DNA from: Candidatus Omnitrophota bacterium
Lineage (GTDB): Bacteria; Omnitrophota; Gorgyraeia; 1-14-0-20-64-10
NCBI GenBank assembly: GCA_023248155.1
Contig: JAHFFE010000001.1
Location: 84,873-148,872 of the forward strand
DNA: 64,000 bases
Reading direction: 5' to 3'
Within the stretch, counting starts at the first letter, position 1. The number at the start of each line of letters is the position of its first letter. A program made the translations under genes and the position numbers. Of this stretch, positions 1 to 8,908 are shown piece by piece. A model generated the notes under the pieces. That model ran no database searches and was not told where the DNA came from. It saw nothing but the letters and a program-made list of their open reading frames with translations.

Positions 1-1623
1 CTGCGCCTCGCGCTTCCCGACAATCAACATGTACGGAATTTTTTCCAGCTGCGCATCGCGGATGCGCGCCTGCAATGTTTCGCGGCGATCATCCGTTTCC
101 ACGCGGAACCCGGCTGTTTTCAGCCGCGCGGCCGTTTCCTGCGCATACGATTCCTGATCCTGCGAAATCGGGATCAACACCGCCTGCACCGGCGACAACC
201 ATGCCGGGAACGCGCCACCGTAATGCTCGATCAGCGTTCCCATAAACCGCTCGAGCGATCCGAAGATCGCGCGGTGAATCATGATCGGCACCGCCGTGCT
301 GCCGTCGTCCTCGACATATTTTAAATCGAACCGCTGCGGCAAAACAAAATCGAGCTGCGCCGTGGCGCACTGCCAGTACCGGCCGATCGTATCGCGCACA
401 TGCACATCAATCTTCGGTCCGTAAAAAGCGCCGGCGCCCGGGCTCTCGACGAACGGAATGTCGCGCGACTTCAGCACCTGCCGTAAAATCTCTTCGGCCT
501 TGTCCCACTGCGTCGCATCGCCCATAAAATCGTCGGGCCGCAAACTCATCTCTACTTTGTAATCATTAAAACCAAAATCTTTAAAAGTCTGCTGGATCAA
601 ATCCAGAACGCCGTTGATCTCGCCTTCCAGCTGGCTGAACCGGCAAAAAATATGCGCATCATCCTGCGTGAACCCGCGCACGCGCAGCAATCCATGCAGC
701 ACACCCGACTTCTCGTTGCGGTAAACCGTTCCCAGTTCAAACAGCCGGATCGGGAATTCACGATAACTGCGCATCGCCGTCTGATAAATCAGGATGTGGC
801 CGGGGCAATTCATCGGCTTGACGCCCCACTCCTGTTCATCCTCGGTCTTGAACGTGTACATATTCGCCTTGTAATGCGAATAGTGCCCCGACTTGACCCA
901 GATATTGCTGCGAATCAAATGCGGCGTCAGCACCGGCAGATACCCGCGCATCAGGTGCTGCTGCCGCGAATAATCTTCGATCAGCTGCCGCAGCATCGCG
1001 CCGCGCGGCTGATAAAAAACCAGGCCCGCGCCCGCTTCTTCCAAAATGGAAAAGAGTTTTAAGCTGACACCCAGTTTCCGGTGATCGCGTTTCTTAGCCT
1101 CTTCACGCGCCGTTAAAAACGCGTCAAGATCCGGCTGGCTGTAAAACGCCGTTCCGTAAATCCGGGTCAGCTGCGGATTTTTCTCGCTGCCGCGCCAATA
1201 AGCGCCGGCGACCGAGAGCAGCTTCACCGCTTTCAGCTGCTGCGTCGACTGCAGGTGCGGACCTTCGCACAAATCAAGAAAATCGCCGTCCGTATAAATC
1301 GAAACTTTCTCGTCAGCAATTCCGCGGACGATCTCGGCTTTGTACGGCTCCCCTTTTTTGAGAAAAAACTGCTCCGCTTCCTTCTTCTCCATCCAAGTCT
1401 GCTCAAACTTGTAATCGGAGGCGATGATCTTGGCCATTTCGGCCTCGATCTTCGGCAGATCCTCGTCGGTCAGCGGCTGTTCCGGATCGACATCATAATA
1501 GAACCCCTCCTCGATCGGAGGACCGATGGCCAATTTTGTTTTCGGCCAGATCCGCTTCATCGCCTGCGCCAGCACATGCGCGGCGCTATGTCGTAACCGG
1601 TGCAAATCGTCCATAAAATCCAT
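1..1623 (-). CDS. thrS: threonyl-tRNA synthetase, partial (C-terminus beyond window start). The N-terminus begins at the editing/second additional domain (HSAAH motif); no TGS domain is encoded
   Basis: Minus-strand translation from ATG at 1621-1623 reads MDFMDDLHRLRHSAAHVLAQAMKRIW...GFYYDVD...CEGPH...AGAYWRG, continuous to the window edge. Class II aaRS and ThrRS editing motifs recognised by eye. The ORF track missed it because it runs off the window. Confidence 0.9.
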   Translation of the reverse strand, partial: MDFMDDLHRLRHSAAHVLAQAMKRIWPKTKLAIGPPIEEGFYYDVDPEQPLTDEDLPKIEAEMAKIIASDYKFEQTWMEKKEAEQFFLKKGEPYKAEIVRGIADEKVSIYTDGDFLDLCEGPHLQSTQQLKAVKLLSVAGAYWRGSEKNPQLTRIYGTAFYSQPDLDAFLTAREEAKKRDHRKLGVSLKLFSILEEAGAGLVFYQPRGAMLRQLIEDYSRQQHLMRGYLPVLTPHLIRSNIWVKSGHYSHYKANMYTFKTEDEQEWGVKPMNCPGHILIYQTAMRSYREFPIRLFELGTVYRNEKSGVLHGLLRVRGFTQDDAHIFCRFSQLEGEINGVLDLIQQTFKDFGFNDYKVEMSLRPDDFMGDATQWDKAEEILRQVLKSRDIPFVESPGAGAFYGPKIDVHVRDTIGRYWQCATAQLDFVLPQRFDLKYVEDDGSTAVPIMIHRAIFGSLERFMGTLIEHYGGAFPAWLSPVQAVLIPISQDQESYAQETAARLKTAGFRVETDDRRETLQARIRDAQLEKIPYMLIVGKREAQ

Positions 1624-1635
1624 TCGTAATAAAAG

Positions 1636-1712
1636 TGGTGGGCCCAAGAGGACTCGAACCTCTGACCTCTTCCATGTCAAGGAAGCGCTCTAACCAACTG
1701 AGCTATGAGCCC
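1636..1712 (-). tRNA. tRNA-Val (anticodon GAC), CCA encoded
   Basis: Reverse complement GGGCTCATAGCTCAGTTGGTTAGAGCGCTTCCTTGACATGGAAG...GGTTCGAGTCC...GCCCACCA folds as a cloverleaf; anticodon loop TTGACAT. Confidence 0.85.
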
Positions 1713-1731
1713 GATAACCGCTCAAAAAATC

Positions 1732-1815
1732 TGCCGAGGGCGGGGGTCGAACCCGCACGCCCTTACGGGCACAAGATTTTAAGTCTTGCGCGTATGCCAA
1801 TTTCGCCACCCCGGC
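1732..1815 (-). tRNA. tRNA-Leu (anticodon TAA), long variable arm, no encoded CCA
   Basis: Reverse complement GCCGGGGTGGCGAAATTGGCATACGCGCAAGACTTAAAATCTTG + variable arm TGCCCGTAAGGGCGT + GCGGGTTCGACCCCCGC; acceptor stem pairs with one G-U. Confidence 0.85.
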
Positions 1816-1820
1816 CAAAG

Positions 1821-1896
1821 ATGGAGGTGCGGATCGGAATCGAACCGATGAATAACGGTTTTGCAGACCGTTGCCTTACCGCTTGGCTACCGCACC
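1821..1896 (-). tRNA. tRNA-Cys (anticodon GCA), CCA encoded
   Basis: Reverse complement GGTGCGGTAGCCAAGCGGTAAGGCAACGGTCTGCAAAACCGTT...GGTTCGATTCCGATCCGCACCTCCA. Confidence 0.85.
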
Positions 1897-2568
1897 ATTT
1901 TTGCTAAAAGAGGCGACAATTGTTTCCAGCGTATCTAAAATTCTTGCCGACAATACCTCTTTCGTCACCGAACGAAACGGCTGGTTCTTGCCGGAACGGG
2001 TGATGATCACGCCGTCCACCGGGGTCAAACCAAATGGGCCTTTTCCTTTTTTCGGCACATACTGCGTGGCGACAATCGCATCCAGGTTTTTGGCCTTTAA
2101 TTTCGTGCGCGCGTTTACAATCATGTTCTGTGTTTCCAGCGCAAATCCGATCACCACCTGGTTCGGCTTGCGCTGCGACGAAGCATCGGCCAGAATATCC
2201 GGATTCTCCACCAGTTCCAGCTGCCAAAGCCGCAATGACCCCACAGCGCCGGACCGCTTGATTTTTTGGTTCGCCACGCGGACCGGCCGGAAATCACCGA
2301 CGGCCGCCGACATGATCAGCGCGTCCGATTTCGGAAATGCGCGCCCCACCTCCTGGTGCATCTCGGCCGCCGTTTCCACTAGAATTCTTTTTACGCCTTT
2401 CGGGCAATCCAACTCGGTCGGGCCGCTGATCAGCGTGACGTCATAACCGCGCTTGCGCGCCAGATCGGCCAGCCGGTATCCCAGCGTGCCGGTCGAATAA
2501 TTTGAAATATACCGCACCGGGTCAATCGGTTCGCGCGTCGGACCGGCCGTAATCAACAATTTTTTCAC
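1876..2568 (-). CDS. coaB: phosphopantothenate-cysteine ligase (CoaB half of CoaBC), a separate ORF
   Basis: 230-aa ORF with CoaB/DFP-family similarity (KRILVETAAEM...AAVGDF...). Start overlaps the coaC stop by 4 nt (ATGA). The last 18 nt overlap the 5' part of tRNA-Cys. Confidence 0.85.
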   Translation of the reverse strand: MKKLLITAGPTREPIDPVRYISNYSTGTLGYRLADLARKRGYDVTLISGPTELDCPKGVKRILVETAAEMHQEVGRAFPKSDALIMSAAVGDFRPVRVANQKIKRSGAVGSLRLWQLELVENPDILADASSQRKPNQVVIGFALETQNMIVNARTKLKAKNLDAIVATQYVPKKGKGPFGLTPVDGVIITRSGKNQPFRSVTKEVLSARILDTLETIVASFSKNGAVAKR

Positions 2569-3104
2569 TTTTTCAGCTCCTGGCGAATTGCCTGCACAAT
2601 CGCTTCGGTTTCGGCGATATGTCCCATTCCCACCTGCCGGCAGGCCACTTCCCCATGCACGGGTCCGACAAATTGAACTCCCAATTTCTTGAGCTTCGCG
2701 ACATTCTGCTGATTGACCGGATGCTCGTACATCGCCGGATTCATGGCCGGCGCGATTAATACCGGCGCGCGCGTCGCGAATAAAACGCTGGTCAGCAGAT
2801 CATCGCAAATTCCGTTGGCAAATTTGCCGATCACATTCAGCGTAGCCGGCGCGACCACGACCAGATCCGCTTCCGACGAAAGCGCCGTGTGCAAAAGATC
2901 CCACTCTTCAGGCGCTTCAAACAGATCGGCATAGGCCTTGCGGCCCGACAACGTCTGAAACGTCAGCGGCGTGACGAACCGCGCCGCTTCTTTCGTCATG
3001 ACCACCTGCACCTGCGTATCCGATTCCTTGCGCAGCTGGCTGACTAAATCACAGGCCCGGTAACAGGCAATCGAGCCGGTTACACCGACGATGATTCGCT
3101 TCAA
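2565..3104 (-). CDS. coaC: phosphopantothenoylcysteine decarboxylase flavoprotein (CoaC half)
   Basis: 179 aa, MKRIIVGVTGSIACYRA...PAMNPAMYEHP, a typical flavoprotein decarboxylase N-domain. Confidence 0.85.
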   Translation of the reverse strand: MKRIIVGVTGSIACYRACDLVSQLRKESDTQVQVVMTKEAARFVTPLTFQTLSGRKAYADLFEAPEEWDLLHTALSSEADLVVVAPATLNVIGKFANGICDDLLTSVLFATRAPVLIAPAMNPAMYEHPVNQQNVAKLKKLGVQFVGPVHGEVACRQVGMGHIAETEAIVQAIRQELKK

Positions 3105-3334
3105 CTCTTATCGCCCTTGGCTTTCTTGGTGATCTTCAATTCCACTTTCCCTTCGGCGATTTCACGCAGCGCCGTGATGGCCGGCTTGTCCTTCAACCCG
3201 CCCTCGACCAGCTTCTGTCCACCCTGGCTGAGCTCCAGCGCCCGCCTGGCGGCGCCGATCACTAACTTGTACCGGGATGTCATTTTTGTAGCCAAGAGCT
3301 CCACCGGTACCTGATGCGATTTTTCAATGCTCAT
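3101..3334 (-). CDS. rpoZ: DNA-directed RNA polymerase omega subunit
   Basis: 77 aa with an RpoZ-like core (TSRYKLVIGAARRALEL). Position gmk-rpoZ-coaBC is the conserved arrangement. Confidence 0.8.
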   Translation of the reverse strand: MSIEKSHQVPVELLATKMTSRYKLVIGAARRALELSQGGQKLVEGGLKDKPAITALREIAEGKVELKITKKAKGDKS

Positions 3335-3349
3335 CCGTGTTTCCTCCGT

Positions 3350-3940
3350 TTATTGAACCCGATACCGTTGCGCCCGGATAATCGTCCGGATCGCTTCAGT
3401 CGCTTCTTTCAATTGACCGTTGACGACGGCATAATCGTATTCGTTCATGGCGGTCAGTTCTTTGCGCGCCAGATTCAATCGCTCTGTAATCTCGCGCGGC
3501 GTTTCAGTTCCCCGTTTTCTCAGCCGCTGTTCCAGAACGCGCATTGACGGCGGCAACAAAAAAATTGTTGTCAGCGGCAATCCGCATTTTTTCACCTGGC
3601 GCGTGCCCTGAATATCAATGCTCATCAGCGCGTTGTGTCCGGCCTTCAGCGCTTTCGCGATCGGCGCTTTCGGCGTTCCATAAAAACTTCCCAGCACGCG
3701 CGCATATTCCAAAAACGCGCCGCGGCGGATCTGTTTCTTGAAATAGGCCGCGCTGACAAACCAGTAATCGCGGCCGTTTTTCTCGCGCCCGCGCGGTTCG
3801 CGCGTCGTCATTGAAATCGACCGGGCAAACCGCGCGTCGACTTTCATCAATAAATTGACGACCGTTGTCTTGCCGGTTCCCGACGGGGCGGAAACAATGA
3901 ACAACCGGCCGCGCGTTTTCTTGGAACTGGTTCTATTCAA
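3350..3940 (-). CDS. gmk: guanylate kinase
   Basis: P-loop SAPSGTGKTT followed by guanylate kinase motifs. Confidence 0.9.
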   Translation of the reverse strand: MNRTSSKKTRGRLFIVSAPSGTGKTTVVNLLMKVDARFARSISMTTREPRGREKNGRDYWFVSAAYFKKQIRRGAFLEYARVLGSFYGTPKAPIAKALKAGHNALMSIDIQGTRQVKKCGLPLTTIFLLPPSMRVLEQRLRKRGTETPREITERLNLARKELTAMNEYDYAVVNGQLKEATEAIRTIIRAQRYRVQ

Positions 3941-4856
3941 TGTTCGCTGCCTGTTCCTTCATTTTTTCAACCTGGCCCTTCAGGCCTACCACCCATCCGG
4001 TGACCTGCGGATCGCGCAGCTTGGTGCCCAGCGTATTCACTTCGCGCTGCATTTCCTGCGCCAGAAAATCAATGGTCCTGCCGACGCTGCCCTGCCCCTG
4101 CTTGGCCAATCCGTTTTCCAGCTGTCCTTCAATCGCTTTTTGCAGCGCAACCAAATGCGAATCGAGACGCGCCAGTTCTTCCGACACATCGCTCGACTGC
4201 ACGATCGACACGGCTTCGGACAACAACGCGGTACGATCGGCCGGTGTCGTCGAAAAATCGACGCGCGTCAGCGCGTTGCGCACCCGTTCGGCCAGCCGCT
4301 GCTGCATCGCGCGCTCGGCCGCCGGAACGCGTGCTTTAATTTTCAAAACCACCGCTTTAAAATCGGTCGCCAGCTTGCGGAATGTTTTTTGAAGACGCGC
4401 GCCTTCTTTGCGGCGCATCTGCATCATCGATTCCGCGGCCTGATCGACGGCGCGATACACGTCGGGCCATTGCCGCGCAGTCAATCCGCCTGTTTTTCCG
4501 GAGACCGTCACCTGCGGCAGATTCAATACCATCGGCAGCGTGATCTCTCCACGCAAACCCAATTTTTTCTGAAACGCGCGCAGCTGCTTGATATATTGAC
4601 GCGCCGTTTCCGTTTGAAATGTCACCGGAACCGATTCCGTCGACGAGCGGACCTGCACCGCCACGCGAACCTGGCCGCGCCGCGCTTTTTTTCCGACCAG
4701 GCCGCGGATCAAATCTTCGTACGGCTGAAATCCGTCTGGCATCCGCGTTTCCACTTCCAGAAACCGGGAGTTCACACTGCGGATTTCCACAGTGACTGTT
4801 CCCGACAGCGGCAGCGAACGTTCCGCCCTGCCGAATCCCGTCATGCTGGTCAGCAT
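3933..4856 (-). CDS. yicC: YicC-family stress-induced protein
   Basis: N-terminal MTGFGRAE... YicC_N signature; 307 aa; conserved yicC-gmk adjacency. Confidence 0.85.
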   Translation of the reverse strand: MLTSMTGFGRAERSLPLSGTVTVEIRSVNSRFLEVETRMPDGFQPYEDLIRGLVGKKARRGQVRVAVQVRSSTESVPVTFQTETARQYIKQLRAFQKKLGLRGEITLPMVLNLPQVTVSGKTGGLTARQWPDVYRAVDQAAESMMQMRRKEGARLQKTFRKLATDFKAVVLKIKARVPAAERAMQQRLAERVRNALTRVDFSTTPADRTALLSEAVSIVQSSDVSEELARLDSHLVALQKAIEGQLENGLAKQGQGSVGRTIDFLAQEMQREVNTLGTKLRDPQVTGWVVGLKGQVEKMKEQAANIE

Positions 4857-4865
4857 TATTTCACT

Positions 4866-4912
4866 CCCAAAAACGAAATCCCCTCGCGTAATTTACTCAA
4901 GGGGATTTTATG
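4866..4912 (-). terminator. intrinsic terminator downstream of ndk: hairpin AAATCCCCT...AGGGGATTT followed by a U-run on the minus strand
   Basis: Inverted repeat with a 9-bp stem at about 4876-4909; minus-strand downstream sequence CGTTTTTGGG. Confidence 0.5.
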
Positions 4913-4923
4913 CTTTTTTACAA

Positions 4924-5424
4924 TCAAGCCCATTCGAGAACAGGAACTTCTTTATGCGCCTGCTTCGTCGGGTAAAGATCCCGGATGATTTCATCCGGCC
5001 GGAACCATAATTTGATTTCGCGCTCGGCCTCCACCGGATCGCTCGAGGCATGAATCACATTTTCAAACAAACCGGTCGTCCGGATCCGGCCATACGCGCC
5101 GCGGATCGAGGTCGGCGCCGCTTTTTCAGGATTTGTTTCGCCGGCCAGCTCCCGCACCTTGGGAATAGCCTCTTCGCCCCAGTAAACCAGCGCCATAATT
5201 TTATGGCTGCCGTGCAATTCACCCTGCATGTACTGAACCAGTTCGTTGTAAAACGGCTGAGCCTTGAGCTGCTTGTAATGCTCCTGGGCCAGTTCGCGGG
5301 AAACCCGGCACATTTTGGCGGCCACGATTTCCAGTTTGGTCTCGGAAAGGCGCGTCAAAATATTGCCTGTCAGCGATCGGACTAATCCATCCGGTTTGAT
5401 CAAAACAAGTGTTTGCTGTTTCAT
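4924..5424 (-). CDS. ndk: nucleoside diphosphate kinase (divergent)
   Basis: LVLIKPDG...KAQPFY...GETNP...SIRGAYG...NVIHASSD...EIKLWF matches the NDK consensus, including the active-site His region. Confidence 0.85.
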   Translation of the reverse strand: MKQQTLVLIKPDGLVRSLTGNILTRLSETKLEIVAAKMCRVSRELAQEHYKQLKAQPFYNELVQYMQGELHGSHKIMALVYWGEEAIPKVRELAGETNPEKAAPTSIRGAYGRIRTTGLFENVIHASSDPVEAEREIKLWFRPDEIIRDLYPTKQAHKEVPVLEWA

Positions 5425-5469
5425 AAATTCTATTCTCGCAGAAACCCTTAATTATACGATATATAAATT

Positions 5470-6321
5470 TTAAGTCAACCGCTGAATCAGACGATCCAGA
5501 TCCTTCAGCGAGTAGTAGGCAATCCGGACCCAGCCGCGCGATTTTCCATGCAGCAGCTGAACATTCGTCCCCAGCGCTTTCTGCAGTTTGTGTTCCACGT
5601 CCGCCAGATGCGGATCTTTGGTTTGGCGGGCGCGGGACGCCGGCCTGCGCGCCGATACAGCCTGTTCCACATCGCGAACCGATAATCCGCCGGAAATAAT
5701 TTTCTTTGCCATCTCCAACTGCGCTTTTTCCGATTCCAACCCCAGCAGCGTCCGGCCATGGCCAAACGTTAATTTTCCGCTGGCCAAATCCTGCTGAATT
5801 GAAGCCGGCAATTTCAGGAGCCGGATAGTATTGGCAACCGTTGCTCTGTCTTTTCCAACCACTTCGGCAGCTTTATCCTGGGTCAACCCGAACTCCTGAA
5901 CAAGCCTCTGATAAGCCAAAGCCTGTTCAATTGGGTTTAGGTTTTCCCTCTGTAAATTCTCAATTAACGCTAACTCTAATGATTTTTTATCATCAACATC
6001 TCTAATAAGTGCAGGCGCTTCGTCGAATCCAGCCAATTTAAGTGCTCGGAACCGTCTTTCTCCTGCAATAAGCTCATATTTTACAGTTTCATCACCACTT
6101 TGATCAATTTTCCTTACTAAAAGTGGGTAAATTAAACCACTCTCTTTTATAGAATTGGCTAATTCCTGGATCTTTGATTCGTCGAGGTTTTTACGGGGCT
6201 GAAATCGATTGGCCCGAATCGACCGAAGAGGAATCTTGATTATTTCCTCCTTCGATATCGGGCTTCCTTCCGGAATCAATGCCCGAATCCCTTTGCCCAG
6301 ACCGCGCGTGATCTCCGGCAT
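5470..6321 (-). CDS. parB: chromosome partitioning protein ParB
   Basis: N-terminal RGLGKGIRALIP; ParB box LIAGERRFRA; HTH region. Confidence 0.9.
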   Translation of the reverse strand: MPEITRGLGKGIRALIPEGSPISKEEIIKIPLRSIRANRFQPRKNLDESKIQELANSIKESGLIYPLLVRKIDQSGDETVKYELIAGERRFRALKLAGFDEAPALIRDVDDKKSLELALIENLQRENLNPIEQALAYQRLVQEFGLTQDKAAEVVGKDRATVANTIRLLKLPASIQQDLASGKLTFGHGRTLLGLESEKAQLEMAKKIISGGLSVRDVEQAVSARRPASRARQTKDPHLADVEHKLQKALGTNVQLLHGKSRGWVRIAYYSLKDLDRLIQRLT

Positions 6322-7081
6322 GGATGGTCTCCTTTATTTTTTTAGCTAAATCAGCGTAAGCCTTTGCACCAGAAGAAGTTGGGTCATATAAAGAAATCGG
6401 AAGGCCGCGGCTTGGAGCCTCGCTCAAACGAACCGATCGCGGAATAACGACGTCATAAACTTTAGATCCAAAATAACCGCGAACTTCTTCAATAACGTCG
6501 TTAGTCAACTTAGTTCTAAAATCGGCCATCGTCATCAAAACACCTTCGGTCTGCAACCCAGGATTTAAATCTTCCTGGACCGCCTTGATTGTCTCAAGAA
6601 GCTGGGTTAAACCTTCGAGCGCATAATATTCGCACTGCAGCGGAATTAAAATAGAATCGGCCGCCGTTAGCGCATTCACGGTCAGCAGGCCCAGGGAAGG
6701 AGGGCTGTCAATAATAATCAGGTCATACGAATTTTTTACCGGATCAAGCGCTTTTTTGAGTTTCCGCTCACGCCCCATAATTGAAACCAACTCCACCTCA
6801 GCGCCGCTGAGCGAGGAATGGGAGGGGACTAGCGATAAATTCTTAACTTGTGTATCTACAACCACTTTCAATACCGGAACCGAGTCGAGAAGCACCTGGT
6901 AAATTGACTTTTCGATCGCCTTTTTGTCAATACCGACGCCGCTGGTTGCATTGGCCTGCGGGTCGAGGTCGACTAGAAGAACCCGAACGCCTTCCGTCGC
7001 CAGCGCGGCAGACAGATTGACGGCAGTGGTTGTTTTTCCAACACCGCCTTTTTGATTACAGACAGCGACAATTTTTCCCAT
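6191..7081 (-). CDS. parA: chromosome partitioning ATPase ParA/Soj. The reading frame as sequenced extends 131 nt into parB.
   Basis: Deviant Walker A KGGVGKTTTAVNLSAALA. The C-terminal 45 aa is a low-complexity tail overlapping parB. Confidence 0.9.
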   Translation of the reverse strand: MGKIVAVCNQKGGVGKTTTAVNLSAALATEGVRVLLVDLDPQANATSGVGIDKKAIEKSIYQVLLDSVPVLKVVVDTQVKNLSLVPSHSSLSGAEVELVSIMGRERKLKKALDPVKNSYDLIIIDSPPSLGLLTVNALTAADSILIPLQCEYYALEGLTQLLETIKAVQEDLNPGLQTEGVLMTMADFRTKLTNDVIEEVRGYFGSKVYDVVIPRSVRLSEAPSRGLPISLYDPTSSGAKAYADLAKKIKETIHAGDHARSGQRDSGIDSGRKPDIEGGNNQDSSSVDSGQSISAP

Positions 7082-7122
7082 AGAGGCCTATTGTTCCACG
7101 TGAAACAATTTCCTGAAACGTT

Positions 7123-8640
7123 TTATTTTACAGATCGACGAACAAGTAGCTGCTGAGTTGATGTCAGCGCTGAACTGATGACCCAGTATATCATGAAACC
7201 GGATGGCAGATTATAAAACAGGAAGAGAAACATAAGCGGCATAAACTTAAACATCTGCTGCTGGATTCTTTGTTCTTCGGTCAATTCACCGATCTGCGGA
7301 GGCTGCATCGCTTTTTGCTGAATAAATGATAGCACCGTGGAGATGACCGGTAAAACATTCAGACTGGCCCCAATTAACGGAAGAACAAGCGGAAGCCGGA
7401 TAAGCCCATCGGGCGCAGAAAGATCTCTGATAAACAGGAAACTGGCGCCTCGAAGCTCAGGCGTACGGTTTAACACTTGATAAAGGGCAATGTAGATCGG
7501 CATCGTGAAAACAAACGGAAGGCAGCCGATACAGCCCGAAGCCGGATTAACCCCATGCTTCTTATAGAGCAGCATTAATTCCTGTTGCAGTTTCGCAGGA
7601 TTATTTTTGTGCTCCTGACGAATTCGGGTTTCCTGCGGCTTGATCATCGCCATTTTTTTCATCGTCTGCTGACTGGCGCGCATTCCGTACCAGGTCAGCG
7701 GAGTAAACGGCAGCCAGACGGCCACAGCCAAAAAACAGATTGCCAGGCCATAATTATGCAACCGATTATGACCCCAGTTCAAAAAATTAAGAATAATTCT
7801 TGTAATTCCTGAAAAGGCGCCAAACGAAATTACTTCTTCCAGTCCGGCTTTCTTGAGCGGCCCAATCGCCATGGGGCCGGCATAGAGCTTAAACTGCCAC
7901 TGGATCTCCTGACCGGGAAGCAGTTCTTTTTCGGGAAGCTCAACCCATCCCACTGAGCTGCCGCTCTGCAAATGTTCCATGTGGAACAATCCTTCCGGCT
8001 GGTCTATTACCAGAATTGTTGCGTAGGATCGGCCTTGCGACATGACACGCGATGGGCTGCCTTTAAAGGATTTTGTCGCTTCGTGTGCAGAAAAACGGCG
8101 CTCTTTTCCATCCAGAAAAACAGATCCGCCCAAAAACTGTTTCTCATGTTCATGGTCTGTTTTTAATGGCCGGTATGCTAGAATTTTTAGCGCTATTTTT
8201 TGTGATTCTTTTCCATCATTTTTTACACTTAAGATAACTGTTTTCAAGTGGTTAGAGTTTTTATTCTCTTCTATTTTCCGCTCGATTTTCAGGCCATCTT
8301 CCTGCATCGAAACGCCGTCTTGAAAATTAACCATCGATTGGCGCGGCGCGGTCCGGACCACCTGAAGAAATCCCGGCAAGCCGTCCTGCTCCATAATAAG
8401 AACACCGCTTACCTTAATGGATTGAATGCTGCCTGTTTTTTCGCCGACACCAAGCAGAATATCTCCTGATTCAACGGTTTTCGTAGATTCTTTTTCCAAT
8501 CTGTTTTCAGAAATAGTTTCGGCTGTTTTTTGGGAAATGGCCGCTTGCTCTACCGGCTTATTTGGGAATATGGATGTCCAGGTGAACATAATGATTGCGC
8601 TAATTATAAATACTGATATTATTCTATGTTCATTTTTCAT
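7123..8640 (-). CDS. yidC: membrane protein insertase YidC
   Basis: 505 aa with a periplasmic domain plus the C-terminal 5-TM core carrying the conserved LPFVFTMPIYIALYQVL motif. Part of the rpmH-rnpA-yidD-yidC cluster. Confidence 0.9.
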   Translation of the reverse strand: MKNEHRIISVFIISAIIMFTWTSIFPNKPVEQAAISQKTAETISENRLEKESTKTVESGDILLGVGEKTGSIQSIKVSGVLIMEQDGLPGFLQVVRTAPRQSMVNFQDGVSMQEDGLKIERKIEENKNSNHLKTVILSVKNDGKESQKIALKILAYRPLKTDHEHEKQFLGGSVFLDGKERRFSAHEATKSFKGSPSRVMSQGRSYATILVIDQPEGLFHMEHLQSGSSVGWVELPEKELLPGQEIQWQFKLYAGPMAIGPLKKAGLEEVISFGAFSGITRIILNFLNWGHNRLHNYGLAICFLAVAVWLPFTPLTWYGMRASQQTMKKMAMIKPQETRIRQEHKNNPAKLQQELMLLYKKHGVNPASGCIGCLPFVFTMPIYIALYQVLNRTPELRGASFLFIRDLSAPDGLIRLPLVLPLIGASLNVLPVISTVLSFIQQKAMQPPQIGELTEEQRIQQQMFKFMPLMFLFLFYNLPSGFMIYWVISSALTSTQQLLVRRSVK

Positions 8641-8692
8641 AATATATCTTTCTATATAGAGTTAAACAAAATGTTCGTTTCTGCTAATTTTA

Positions 8693-8908
8693 TTAATCGA
8701 GAGTATCGAATCCGCCTTTATTCCATGGATTGCATCGAAAGATTCTGAAAAAAGCCAGGCGCAATCCGCGAACTGTTCCATGCCTGGAAACAGCCTCCGC
8801 TCCATAAACCGAACAACTGGGGTAAAACCGGCAGGAGGAGGGAATCGGAATTTGCGCCCGAATCAGTTGGTAGAGCCTAATTAAGGCCAGCGTTATTTTT
8901 GAGACCAT
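8693..8908 (-). CDS. yidD: membrane protein insertion efficiency factor YidD
   Basis: 71 aa, ...RFYPSCSVYGAEAV...GLRLAFFRIFRCNPW... canonical YidD. Confidence 0.85.
   Translation of the reverse strand: MVSKITLALIRLYQLIRAQIPIPSSCRFYPSCSVYGAEAVSRHGTVRGLRLAFFRIFRCNPWNKGGFDTLD

Noticed and set aside
3855-4988. 377-aa plus-strand ORF spanning gmk-yicC-ndk
   Set aside because: It is antisense to well-supported genes. The Arg/His-rich composition is typical of a GC-rich antisense frame, and there is no recognisable domain.
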